Source: Laetmonice hystrix (Eukaryota). From it: a stretch of 64,000 nucleotides of DNA. Below are positions 50,413-63,589 of this stretch, piece by piece. The notes below the pieces were generated by a model. The model did not search any database. It was not told the DNA's origin and worked only from the letters and a program-made list of their open reading frames with translations. How positions within the stretch are numbered: position 1 is the first letter of the stretch; each line of letters starts with the position of its first letter. The DNA is taken from contig OZ249452.1 in the NCBI GenBank assembly GCA_965235115.1, forward strand, positions 1,984,001 through 2,048,000, in the 5' to 3' direction. The translations under genes and the position numbers were made by a program.

Positions 50413-51233
50413 GTAAACTGTCGACCACGACCCCCGTCTCTGTAACCCTCACGGTCCCCGCTCACCCTGTAAACTGTCAGCCTGTCGACCACGACCCCCA
50501 TCTCTGTAACCCCCACGGTCCCCGCTCACCCTGTAAACTGTCAGCCTGTCGACCACGACCCCCATCTCTGTAACCCCCACACAGGTCCCCGCTCACCCTG
50601 TAAACTGTCAGCCTGCCGACCACGACCCCCACACAGGTCCCGGCTCACCCTGTAAACTGTCAGCCTGTCGACCACGACCCCCACACAGGTCCCCGCTCAC
50701 CCTGTAAACTGTCAGCCTGTCGACCACGACCCCCATCTCTGTACCCCCACACAGGTCCCCGCTCACCCTGTAAACTGTCAGCCTGCCCGCCACGACCCCC
50801 ATCTCTGTAACCCCCACACAGGTCCCGGCTCACCCTGTAAACTGTCAGCCTGCCCGCCACGACCCCCACGGTCCCCGCTCACCCTGTAAACTGTCAGCCT
50901 GTCGACCACGACCCCCACACAGGTCCCCGCTCACCCTGTAAACTGTCAGCCTGCCCGCCACGACCCCCATCTCTGAACCCCCACGGTCCCCGCTCACCCT
51001 GTAAACTGTCAGCCTGTCGACCACGACCCCCACGGTCCCCGCTCACCCTGTAAACTGTCAGCCTGTCGACCACGACCCCCATCTCTGTAACCCCCACACA
51101 GGTCCCCGCTCACCCTGTAAACTGTCAGCCTGCCGACCACGACCCCCACACAGGTCCCCGCTCACCCTGTAAACTGTCAGCCTGCCGACCACGACCCCCA
51201 TCTCTGTAACCCCCACACAGGTCCCCGCTCACC
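50413..51233. repeat. Modular minisatellite, 49/52/64/67-bp units, about 13 copies
   Basis: Core CTCACCCTGTAAACTGTCAGCCTGNNNNCCACGACCCCCA, optional TCTCTGTAACCCCCA, then CACAG or CG, then GTCCCCG. Confidence 0.96.
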
Positions 51234-52846
51234 CCGGCCCTGTCCAAGTAAAATCGACAGGGCGACATGACAATCTCTATGACAACGGCTGGCTTAGTGG
51301 CGTTCACTTTATATAGTCGGCTTATCAACTTATCAACATCGAGGCAAAAATAACTTCCGCTTGCGATCGTCAGATCAGCGGAAGGAGGGAGGGGCCGTTC
51401 AGGCTAGAATAGCTTTTTGGTACAGCGTTTTTTTTTTCAATGTGAATTAAATTCAAGGGCACAATGCTGCTTCAAATGTCATGGTCTCCCAACCCGCTGC
51501 CTGATAAAATCAATGTGGTGATCGGCGCACGATGAACAAGTTGGCAATCATTGGAGCGCGTGTTTATGAAAGTTCACCATTACAATACGGTGCCGACATT
51601 GTGAGTTGTGTATTGTGGGCAGACCGGGCCCGGCGCCCGGTGCCCGGCCCGGTCAGTGACGGGGCCCGGGCCGTATTGGAGCACAGCGGGGTCCCGCGTG
51701 TTAGCCACTGCCCGACCGCCGCAGTTTGCGTTTCCGTGCAGGGAGAATTCATGGCTCTTTGACCACCGAGAATGGAATCGTGGAAAAAGCACGTTGGAGC
51801 TTTGGCCTCGGGTGGAAGTGTGAGCAGTTTATGTACGCCTGCTGTATATGACCGCGAGAAGTATATGACAACAGACTTGGTTGTTTATAGCCACCTGAAG
51901 TGCAAGAAGTTTTTTTCGAGCTGTTTTTGAGACATGAAGATCTTCGTAGATTGGAATTATATGTAGTCAATCTACAATAGCATGAGGACTTAAATATGTT
52001 GGCACCTATAGCCTATAGCATATTGTAACGTTGTAATATTGTAACGTAACCAATCTCTATCGCCATGGCATACATTTGTTAAAAATGTCCCATCGGAGAA
52101 TATTCCATAAAAAAAACATAATACTACTGCATGCATGCATTCTATCGGCATACCAGATTGTCTGACACATAGGCCTACACGACCGTTTGACAAATACGAT
52201 TACACTTGCCATGGCGACCGCGAAAGACGGCGAACGACTTGCACAAGTCGTATTGTGTTCGTTGTATGTATGTGACCCGATAGCCGCCATCAATGGGTGT
52301 TGTGAAGTCATACAGGATGTAACAAAACGTCCTCGAGAACTGGCAGTCATTGTAATCATCGAGTTGGTTCTATCGACAGCACGAGTGGTCGGAGTGAATC
52401 GTGTAACGTGTGACGACTCGCTCCACAAAGGTTTAAACACTCGAGCAAGTTTTCCTTGTGAAACGAATTGCCTCGCAAACACGAGACAGTGTTTGCCAAG
52501 ATATTCATCATCCGGGCACGTGGGAGATGTTTGCTCTTCTCTACATTCTCGTGATAAATCAACAGATTAAAGTACGCCTGACTTGTTGAGCACTGAATTA
52601 AAGTGCGCCATTCGAGCCAAGAGCTCGGAGAGGTAGCAGTGTCTGCCTGTATCCTGCTGTGCTTACATAACTCATTATATAAACGTATAGCTTTATGTTA
52701 AATGACGAACGAGAAAAGGTGGCAACATCAAAGGTACATTTAAATCGTACTCAGATTGGATTTAAATCGTACTCAGATTGGATTGCCTTTACACATATAT
52801 ACAGCTGAAGGTAACCGATCAACGACTAACTATTATAGACCGTATA

Positions 52847-53191
52847 ATACAGACGTTAGGTGGGTTAACCATGGTTCATTCCGTCCAACATCTTCATAAA
52901 CTACACACGACACCATCAAAATATACAGACGTTAGGTGGGTTAACCATGGTTCATTCCGTCCAACATATTCATCTATATAAACTACACACGACATCATCA
53001 AAATATACAGACGTTAGGTGGGTTAAACATGGTTCATCCCGTCCAACATCTTCATAAACTACACACGACACCATCAAAATATACAGACGTTAGGTGGGTT
53101 AAACATGGTTCATTCCGTCCAACATCTTCATAAACTACACACGACATCATCAAAATATACAGACGTTAGGTGGGTTAAACATGGTTCATCC
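52847..53191. repeat. Minisatellite, about 76-bp unit, about 4.5 copies
   Basis: ATATACAGACGTTAGGTGGGTTAACCATGGTTCATTCCGTCCAACATCTTCATAAACTACACACGACACCATCAAA. Confidence 0.95.
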
Positions 53192-53197
53192 AAGTTC

Positions 53198-54283
53198 ATC
53201 TGCCCAAGTACTACAGGACGAGTTTCTGATACATGTATATATATCTGCCCAAGTACTACAGGACGAGTTTCTGATACATGTATATACATGTACATGTGTC
53301 TGCCCAAGTACTACAGGACGAGTTTCTGATATACATGTATATATATCTGCCCAAGTACTACAGGACGGGTTTCTGATATACATGTATATATATCTGCCCA
53401 AGTACTACAGGACGGGTTTCTGATATACATGTATATATATCTGCCCAAGTACTACAGGACGGGTTTCTGATATACATGTATATATATCTGCCCAAGTACT
53501 ACAGGACGGGTTTCTGATACATGTATATATCTGCCCAAGTACTACAGGACGGGTTTCTGATACATGTATATACATGTATCTGCCCAAGTACTACAGGACG
53601 GGTTTCTGATACATGTATATACATGTATCTGCCCAAGTACTACAGGACGGGTTTCTGATACATGTATATATCTGCCCAAGTACTACAGGACGGGTTTCTG
53701 ATACATGTATATACATATATCTGCCCAAGTACTACAGGACGGGTTTCTGATATATGTATATACATATATCTGCCCAAGTACTACAGGACGAGTTTCTGAT
53801 ACATGTACATATCTGCCCAAGTACTACAGGACGGGTTTCTGATACATGTACATATCTGCCCAAGTACTACAGGACGGGTTTCTGATACATGTATATATAT
53901 CTGCCCAAGTACTACAGGACGGGTTTCTGATATACATGTATATATATCTACCCAAGTACTACAGGACGGGTTTCTGATATACATGTATATATATCTGCCC
54001 AAGTACTACAGGACGGGTTTCTGATACATGTATATACATATATCTGCCCAAGTACTACAGGACGGGTTTCTGATACATGTACATATCTGCCCAAGTACTA
54101 CAGGACGGGTTTCTGATACATGTATATATATCTGCCCAAGTACTACAGGACGGGTTTCTGATACATGTATATATATCTGCCCAAGTACTACAGGACGGGT
54201 TTCTGATATACATGTATATATATCTACCCAAGTACTACAGGACGGGTTTCTGATACATGTATATACATATATCTGCCCAAGTA
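53198..54283. repeat. Minisatellite, constant 33-bp core plus variable TA/CA-rich linker (about 43-54 bp units), about 24 copies
   Basis: TCTGCCCAAGTACTACAGGACGGGTTTCTGATA followed by variants of CATGTATATATA. Confidence 0.96.
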
Positions 54284-55075
54284 GTGAGTTTCTATATCCG
54301 AGATTAAGTGTCAGGATGGTGCCTGTAGTTACAGGGAGGGTGGCTAAGTCTGAGGGAGGGTCCTTACATTATCACACAGGATATATTTCCACTCTATGGC
54401 CGTGATGAGGGTGACTGACGAGATGAGGGTAGGGAACGCTGACCGGGGCATCTACCCCGCCCCCAGGCCAGCACTACCCTCCACACCCGAGTGAACATAC
54501 CCCGACCCCGTCACACACCCGCGTGATGGTTCACTTCCGTCCCAACCCTCTCCCGTCAACACCCCCACCGCCGCACCCCACACTATACCCCACCGTACCC
54601 CACACTATTCACCCTTCCTTCACTCCATATTGAATTATTCCTCCTCGCTATCACCTCACGTCAGAGACAACGAGTGTTTAATATTTAACTGTCGCCGCCC
54701 AGATCGTGATGAGATCACTGTCAGGGTTGATCTGTCTATGATCCGGGGATCCTGGTGATGAGTGAGTGATTGGGTGAGTGAGCAACCTGATGATGAGTGA
54801 GTGAGATCATATAATGAGTGATGACAGCCAGTGTGACTGAGGTGAACGATCCCATCAGTCGGGACCACACCCCCACGCTCCTATCGGCCTTATCAGGTAC
54901 TAATGGCAGCCACGATTTGTTAGGGAGTGGGTGAGGGGGGGGGGGGGCAACCTCTGTGTCATGGGAACATATTACGTAAGCCGCTTTATATCTACTGACT
55001 ATTAAGACATCAGTGGTTCCTTTGGGCGCATTCTTTACCTCTCCAAGTTTCTATGATAATGTTACACTGCTGGAA

Positions 55076-55539
55076 CATGTACGGCGTATGCCTGTCCTAT
55101 ATCACGTTAACATAGACTCAGGTCATGTACGGCGTCCAGTATGCCTGTCCTATATCAACATAGACTCAGGTCATGTACGGCGTCCAGTATGCCTGTCCTA
55201 TATCAACATAGACTCAGGTCATGTACGGCGTCCAGTATGCCTGTCCTATATCAACATAGACTCAGGTCATGTACGGCGTCCAGTATGCCTGTCCTATATC
55301 AACATAGACTCAGGTCATGTACGGCGTCCAGTATGCCTGTCCTATATCAACATAGACTCAGGTCATGTACGGCGTCCAGTATGCCTGTCCTATATCAACA
55401 TAGACTCAGGTCATGTACGGCGTCCAGTATGCCTGTCCTATATCAACATAGACTCAGGTCATGTACGGCGTCCAGTATGCCTGTCCTATATCAACATAGA
55501 CTCAGGTCATGTACGGCGTCCAGTATGCCTGTCCTATAT
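55076..55539. repeat. Minisatellite, 48-bp unit, about 9.5 copies
   Basis: Unit CATGTACGGCGTCCAGTATGCCTGTCCTATATCAACATAGACTCAGGT; a 45-bp duplication follows at 55543-55636. Confidence 0.97.
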
Positions 55540-56479
55540 TACACACACATCAATACATCAATGTGTGCGATAATTCCCCCCCTTATCACACACATCAATA
55601 CATCAATGTGTGCGATAATTCCCCCCGTTATCACACACACTCCTCACACAGACGATCCTGACATCATGAGACCACCATACCCAGAGTTACTGCCACCAAC
55701 CTTCCCAACATGAGCTTCAAACACGTGAAATGTCGAAGGTTTCCATCTGTACCGACTACACGACAGCCAACACATCCGTACACCCCGACACTGACATGCG
55801 CACACTTCTCAAATGGTGCCCTTTGCGCAAGTAGGGGGGAAAGAATTGCCGAAAATTACTGCAGCGATCATTTTCTGCGCGATTTGGTGCACATTTAGAG
55901 CACTTCAAGGCCGCGTGGAAGCCAAGAGCGATTTAACCCAGGGCCCGGGGAAGGAGCGGGTGGTCGGCCGGCAGGCTACACACCCTGACTTGCCCTTGCT
56001 GCTTGCCGAGGTGGCGAAAATCGACTCGCTTGCTTCCATCGATTTGGAAGCCCCAGTCGTCAAGGGCCCCCGCGGCAACGCTTGTACGCCATGAAAAATT
56101 TACTCCAACCCTTTTGGCCGAGTCGTTATGGCGCAATCGGGGACAATTGACAATAATCATGGCGTATTTTACGAGGCATGTGTTGTGGCCAGCATGGCCG
56201 TGTATGGACCCGCCTGTCGTGAAGTGTACGCAATCGGCGGGGTAAGAGTCCGTCGATCGGGGAGTGTGTGACTTCCAGGTCGCTAGATCGGCCTACACGC
56301 GCTTGGGGTCAACCACAGGGCCGGGGTCACGCGCCTAAAGCTTCTAATGTACTCTGGCTAAAAGGTAAATTAGTTTTCTCATACAGTGGCGTGCATAAGG
56401 TTGTTTTCGAAACGTCTCAGCCATGACAGATACATGTGAGCTAGCCAAGTATGTCTCCAGAATAAACTAAACAATACTT

Positions 56480-57218
56480 AGTGCTGGTCGTTTGTCGTGG
56501 GGGCAATGACTCCATGGTAAACTGTACAAGTGCTGGCCGTCTGTCGTGGGGGCAATGACTCCAGGGTAAACTGTACAAGTGTTGGCCGTCTGTCGTGGGG
56601 GCAATGACTCCAGGGTAAACTGTACAAGTGTTGGCCGTCTGTCGTGGGGGCAATGACTCCAGGGTAAACTGTACAAGTGCTGGCCGTCTGTCGTGGGGGC
56701 AATGACTCCAGGGTAAACTGTACAAGTGTTGGCCGTCTGTCGTGGGGGCAATGACTCCAGGGTAAACTGTACAAGTGCTGGCCGTCTGTCGTGGGGGCAA
56801 TGACTCCAGGGTAAACTGTACAAGTGTTGGCCGTCTGTCGTGGGGGCAATGACTCCAGGGTAAACTGTACAAGTGTTGGCCGTCTGTCGTGGGGGCAATG
56901 ACTCCAGGGTAAACTGTACAAGTGTTGGCCGTCTGTCGTGGGGGCAATGACTCCAGGGTAAACTGTACAAGTGTTGGCCGTCTGTCGTGGGGGCAATGAC
57001 TCCAGGGTAAACTGTACAAGTGTTGGCCGTCTGTCGTGGGGGCAATGACTCCAGAATAAACTGTACAAGTGCTGGCCGTCTGTTGTGGGGGCAATGACTC
57101 CAGGGTAAACTGTACAAGTGCTGGCCGTCTGTTGTGGGGGCAATGACTCCAGGGTAAACTGTACAAGTGTTGGCCGTCTGTCGTGGGGGCAATGACTTCA
57201 GAATAAACTGGACAAGTG
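56480..57218. repeat. Minisatellite, 49-bp unit, about 15 copies
   Basis: Unit ACTGTACAAGTG(T/C)TGGCCGTCTGTCGTGGGGGCAATGACTCCAGGGTAA. Confidence 0.97.
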
Positions 57219-57980
57219 GATACAGAGGACACAGACCCGTCTATAGTTTGTATATACTGGCACAGACCCGTCTATAGTTTGTATAATCCTGGTAAGACTC
57301 AGCTCACACAGTGTTATCCACAATATACATTATACAAACACATGAAGAAGATTTTGAAAGCTACAACCATTGAAGATAGAGACATCAAGCACGTAATATG
57401 GACGTGAATTTATAGACCTTTCATCGTAAGGAGACCATTAGTTAACTGCTCTCTCAACCCCCGGTGTGGTCTGGCATTGACCGCAATAAAATCCATTTGA
57501 TTGAAGCAATCCGCCGACTACGACCGGACTTGCCAGGGCGTCGCCAACAAGGAACCTTCCTACTTGAAATGCTAATCTAGACAGTGGCAATCAACTGATT
57601 TGACCCACCGCAATCCGCTTCTTAGGGGACCAAACAAGGCGAGGGGAGGGAAATAAAAGAAATTGGTGTTGAATTGGTCATAGAGAGAGAGAGATTCCGT
57701 CCTGTCGGTGGGACCACCTAGAAGCGGGGTTATTCTTGTTTGTCTTCGGGTTAGTTGACTCGTCTTCATGTCATAAACGTGTGTGACGGTTGGCCTGAGG
57801 ATGATGTATTATAGTTGGGACACCCTGGCGACAAGCTTGTCGTCACATTACTAATCGTTCTGTTAATGGAGTAACTGAGTTTAGGGAGTTACATATAATA
57901 ACTGCTGTGGAACTGACAACTCAAACATGGTCAATGTTAACGTTGATGATACCGAATCCTGGGATTTCAACTAGAAACCT

Positions 57981-58052
57981 TCCCCTCCCCCCCCCCTCCT
58001 CCTCCTTCTCCTCCTCCTCTCCTTCTCCTCCTCCTCCTCCTGCTCCTCCTCT
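57981..58052. repeat. Poly-C / (CCT)n pyrimidine tract
   Basis: CCTCCTCCTTCTCCTCC... pure pyrimidine run. Confidence 0.88.
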
Positions 58053-58523
58053 CGTCTCCGAGCTCAGCGATTGAAACCCCCCCCCCCCGTCAACACTGAA
58101 ACTGTAGTATCTTATTCTCAGAACTTAGCACGGCTCCCTCCCTGCCCCGCTCTGACCCTCAACCTCGGCATTCCTTGTCTGCCGTCCACAAACACACACA
58201 CACAACGTGTGTCCACTTTCCTTTCGTGTTCCTACTAAATCCGCTTGCAGCGGCGCCCTTATTTCCCAATTCCCAAACGTGTCAAGGGGCGCCCCTCGAG
58301 GAATTCTAAGTTTAGGGGGCCGTATGCAGGCCGTACGATCGGCCAGTGCCCGACAAGTCCTGTATCCGCCCAAGTAAAGCCCCGAACACCGACAGTAAGC
58401 CAGCCGGCTGGACCGACACGACCGCACCATCGATCGACGGCCCAACGGTAGCGGGTGTAACAAATTAAACTACCTGATGAAAAATTTATTTCTTCGCTTC
58501 AAGTAGCGTTCGCAGCAAGTGGC

Positions 58524-59504
58524 CAGTGTGGAAACGGGTAGGAACCACTGCTGGCAGTCTGGGTACAGTGTGGAGATGAGTAGGGACAACTGCTGACAGT
58601 CTGGGTACAGTGTGAAGTCTGGGTACAGTGTGGAGATGAGTAGGGACAACTGCTGGCAGTCTGGGTACAGTGTGGAGACGGTCAGGAACAACTGATGGCA
58701 GTCTGGGTACAGTGTGGAGACGGTCAGGAACAACTGCTGGGAGTCTAGGTACAGTGTGGAGACGGTCAGGAACAACTGATGGCAGTCTGGGTACAGTGTG
58801 GAGTCTGGGTACAGTGTGGAGACGGTCAGGAACAACTGATGGCAGTCTGGGTACAGTGTGGAGACGGTCAGGAACAACTGATGGCAGTCTGAGTACAGTG
58901 TGGAGACGGGCAGGAACAACTGCTGGCAGTCTGGGTACAGTGTGGAGTCTGAGTACAGTGTGGAGACGGGTACAGTGTGGAGTCTGGGTACAGTGTGGAG
59001 TCTGGGTACAGTGTGGAGTCTGGGTACAGTGTGGAGTCTGGGTACAGTGTGGAGTCTGAGTACAGTGTGGAGTCTGAGTACAGTGTGGAGTCTGGGTACA
59101 GTGTGGAGTCTGGGTACAGTGTGGAGTCTGGGTACAGTGTGGAGTCTGGGTACAGTGTGGAGTCTGGGTACAGTGTAGAGTCTGGGTACAGTGTGGAGAT
59201 GGGTAGGAACAACTGCTGACAGTCTGGGTACAGTGTGGAGTCTGGGTACAGTGTGGAGTCTGGGTACAGTGTGGAGATGGGTAGGAACAACTGCTGACAG
59301 TCTGGGTACAGTGTGGAGTCTGGGTACAGTGTGGAGTCTGGGTACAGTGTGGAGTCTGGGTACAGTGTGGAGTCTGGGTACAGTGTGGAGTCTGGGTACA
59401 GTGTGGAGATGGGTAGGAACAACTGCTGACAGTCTGGGTACAGTGTGGAGTCTGGGTACAGTGTGGAGTCTGGGTACAGTGTGGAGACGGGCAGGAACTG
59501 CTGG
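58524..59504. repeat. Nested minisatellite: 18-bp monomer plus optional 24-bp insert (42-bp unit)
   Basis: GTCTGGGTACAGTGTGGA monomers interspersed with GACGGTCAGGAACAACTGATGGCA-type inserts. Confidence 0.96.
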
Positions 59505-61271
59505 AGGGGGTTGGTGCGATTATTATTCTACAATTACTCAAACTGCTATGAGAATTTAGTTCGCTGCAAACAGTCAATTTGATGTTCTCCTGGGTGGAAT
59601 ATTGCGCTTTGTGCTTGTATTTCACTCATGTGTATACAATATGTATATCACGGGGAGAATAGCTGACTCAGCAAAGGAAAATAACATAGGCCTACAGATC
59701 ATTTATATATAATCTATCCGTCTATATATCTGTCCGTTCGTCTGTTTTATACATGCCGGTGAGTTCTTTCTTATGAATAAACACAATGTTCAACCATACT
59801 CACATTCCAACACCCCCCTCGACCCCCCCCCCCCCCCACGCCTCCCCCACCCCCACCCCCACCCCCACCCCCACCGCAGCCATTGCATGCCGAGGCCACG
59901 CGCCTCAGCATATTCATCAAAATTATACACAGATGATCATTTGATAAGAGATGCGCGACAAAATCCGCCCTTGGGGGTCAGACATGCTAATTAAACGACG
60001 GCTTTAATTAAATGCAAATGAAGACTACCCGTCGACGGTTGTCATGGAGTGAATGCCATGGGTGGTCAGGCCGATCGACCGGCAGCCATAAAACATCTTC
60101 AAACCACTGCCATTTCTCGCCCGCTCGACAGGAGAGCTCCGCTGACCTCACGTCACTATCGTCTGCTCGGCTCTCTCAAATCGTCCTACGTTTGGCGCCA
60201 TTTTTATGCTCCATAAAGATCAGAGAGTGAGAGCTAAAGATGGACAACCTCTGCCGCCCCAATCTGTCATCTCCCAAACCTTTCTCTCTCACCACTCAGT
60301 CATATTGAATATTATGTGTGAATCTAAGCCCGTTAATAAACGAGCTCTGCCAATGTGATAATCTCCACAACAGTTACTGGTCATCAGGGGATAATCCGGC
60401 CTAATCCCCGGCGGACAATCAGGAGGATCAGCTATCCTTTATCCCATTGTCAGGCGGGGCCCCATGTGAAACTGACTCAGCGAGGGACGCTCGCCAGTTG
60501 CAGTGCGTCACAACTGGTGAATACATATATGTTTACCACTATAGAAATACATGGATCAGTACGTACAGGGTTGTCTTGATGTAGGTTAACCCCATACATG
60601 TCATCAGTCTGGATTATAGTTGCAATCAGAGTTTAAAGTATAACATGAGGTAAAGTCGGTCGAAACATTGGGTGGGCTCAGATAGAACAATGGGTGGGTC
60701 CAGATGGGACACTGGGTGGGCCCAGGTGGGCCGATGTGGGAAGGTTTATTCTGGGCTTGCTTTATGCCTCCCTGGTCGGTGGTAAACACGTCTCTGTCTG
60801 CGATCATGACGTAACAAAGTTCATGGTCCCGCACCAGAAATTCTTAATGACCAAACATAAAGCAAACGTAAAGTAAATTGTATGGACAACAATTTTGTTA
60901 AACTGTTGTATGAAAATAGATGTGATTAATTACATTATTATGATTATGATTATTTACGGATGTAGCAGATGATTTTTGTCTGCATGGCGATATTTAAGTC
61001 CGGGTGCGTTTTTTTAAAACGACTCTCTGGACTGGAGTAGATCTTGATGATTGTGATGAAAGATTTAGTGGATAGACCTGTAAAATGGCGGGGTCGTAAA
61101 AAGTCAGAGTGTCGACAGACAGCAGGGTCGACTGATTGCTTGAATCTCATTAGCCGACCTACATTGGCGGTCTCCTTTCATTGAGTGTCGGCTGGTGAGA
61201 CTGGAGCTGACATTTCCAATTGTGTGGGCGCACGCATCGATCGGGTCAGGCAAGAAATTACCCTGACCGTC

Positions 61272-61896
61272 TATACGGAGGTATTCACAGACTGGTCGGT
61301 CCTACACGGAGGTATTCACACACCGACTGGGCGGTCCTACACGGAGGTATTCACACACAGACTGGTCGGTTATACACGGAGGTATTCACACAGACTGGTC
61401 GGTCATACACGGAGGTATTCACACACAGCCTGGGCGGTCATACACGGAGGTATTCACACACAGACTGGTCGGTCATACACGGAGGTATTCACACACAGAC
61501 TGGTCGGTCCTACACGGAGGTATTCACACACAGACTGGACAGTCATACACGGAGGTATTCACACACAGACTGGTCGGTCATACACGGAGGTATTCACACA
61601 CAGACTGGTCGGTCCTACACGGAGGTATTCACACACAGACTGGTCGGTCCTACACGGAGGTATTCACACACAGACTGGTCGGTCATACACGGAGGTATTC
61701 ACACACAGACTGGTCGGTCATACACGGAGGTATTCACACACAGACTGGGCGGTCATACACGGAGGTATTCACACACAGACTGGGCGGTCATACACGGAGG
61801 TATTCACACACAGACTGGGCGGTCATACACGGAGGTATTCACACAGACTGGGCGGTCCTACACGGAGGTATTCACACACAGACTGGGCGGTCATAC
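61272..61896. repeat. Minisatellite, 35-bp unit, about 18 copies
   Basis: Unit TACACGGAGGTATTCACACACAGACTGG(T/G)CGGTC(A/C). Confidence 0.97.
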
Positions 61897-62605
61897 TGAG
61901 TGGTATACATCGACGTAGGATCAACGTGTATAGGCTTACATCCACCCCTATGTGGGGTGGAGGGTGAAACGTTCTGGGGGTAAGGGTGGAGAAGTGAGGG
62001 TTAACCCGGTATAAGACCCTGTGAATATTGGTCGGATCGGATGGCAAGAGGTTCCATACCCTGACATACACACGTTTATAGTGTACTCAAGATTCCCATG
62101 ACGGCAATCAGAGTAGACGAAGTCGTTGAATGTGGTGGATGTGTCATCCTCGATGAAAATTTTATGTCACCAGCAGAGATGTTTTAACGTACCCTAATCA
62201 ATTTACATTCTCGGCTGCTGTAAAAAAAACCTGACATTATCTGATCGACAGTTTTACCATCTTACAATAAGTTCCTCAAGTATAGGCCGAGAAAAATAAG
62301 TACTGAGTAATATCCTATTAAGCTGCTATATAAGAAAGGGTGAGGCATCGCGTATCGCCTCCACCCTCGGTCACAGCGAGACATTAGACAGGTTACATGT
62401 AGGTCACTAGGGTAGGGTAACTACTACCACCCCACCCGGGGTACGGGAACATCTTGACGCTATGCCGGCCCCCTACCTACCACTCGGCGTAAACTCTGTC
62501 CGCATGGAGCTCGGCGTCAGGTTGAAATGTTGGCAACGATGTAAGAAATTAATATCTACGAATCACTCTATCTTCATGGCTGTACTCCTTGGCTGGGAGG
62601 GCTGG

Positions 62606-62669
62606 GGTGGGTCGGTGGGTCGGGTGGGTCGGGTGGGTCGGTGGGTCGGTGGGTCGGTGGGTCGGGTGG
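62606..62669. repeat. G-rich 8-9-bp repeat, about 7 copies
   Basis: GGTGGGTC(G) repeats. Confidence 0.9.
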
Positions 62670-63589
62670 ACACTCCCCGGTATCCAGTTTCAGGGGGAGG
62701 GGGTGAGTCACCCTCGTTGAATTCAGGGTTGATTTCTCCAGTAGCTGTGTCACATTGTTACACATTATGAGGGTCATCACGACGGGAGGGGTGTAGAGTA
62801 GAATATGACACTGGAGTTTTGTCAACCTCTGACCCTCCACTCCGACAGAAACCCATGGGTCTCTGCCAGGGAGACGCCTGCTACATCTGTATGTATGTTT
62901 CCTCCAGTGTACCTCGAGTTGGAGGAGGTGAGGAAGGAGCTCGGTGATGGATTGACACGAGTTGGAGGTTATCACGATGATGTCCATGGTCGACACGACA
63001 GCGATAACGTAATTGTCTCAGTATCTGTCGCCTCGCCACCGAACTGCTATCTACAGCTGCTCCCGACACCCTGGCCGGTGTCGTGGGCGGCTGTCGTGAC
63101 AGCTGCTGACATGTCACCGATACGTGGATAGACAACACTGAACGTGTGTCCCTTCAGGTAGCGCGTCACTGAATGGTTCCATCATAACCCGCCAAGGGAT
63201 AAATAGACGGCCATTTTATACGTGCGAACCGGCCATAAAAACGGCTGGATTAACCCAATACCAATGTCATAATCGTGATTATGTAGACCCCCTGGGAAGT
63301 CGGGTGTCTTGTTGAATTCTCCTTGTGTGATATTACAGACGAAATGTTTATTTATTCTGATAGGATCATTGCGGTCGTTTATTGTTTGCCGATCGTAGCC
63401 GATTGTGGGGTAAAACAAACTGTTTAAGTGGTAGCGGGTCGTAGCCCCACCCGCCGTGAGGTGTGAGTCACCCAGTCTGTGCCAGGCTCAAATAATCGGT
63501 ATGGCAATTATCATTTTTACAACACTCGGTCTCAAGTTGGCCAAATTAACGTTTAGAGTCCATTATAGAGTGACGGCGGTTAGCGGTTT

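Noticed and set aside
2515-52735. Scattered TCF/LEF motifs (ATCAAAG/CTTTGAT) as evidence of Wnt regulation
   Set aside because: The count is about what a 7-mer gives by chance in 64 kb.
53198-54283. CRISPR-like repeat/spacer pattern (also 17760-18130)
   Set aside because: The spacers are short low-complexity variants of one sequence (or poly-C), not unique 25-45-bp spacers. There are no cas genes and the context is eukaryotic.
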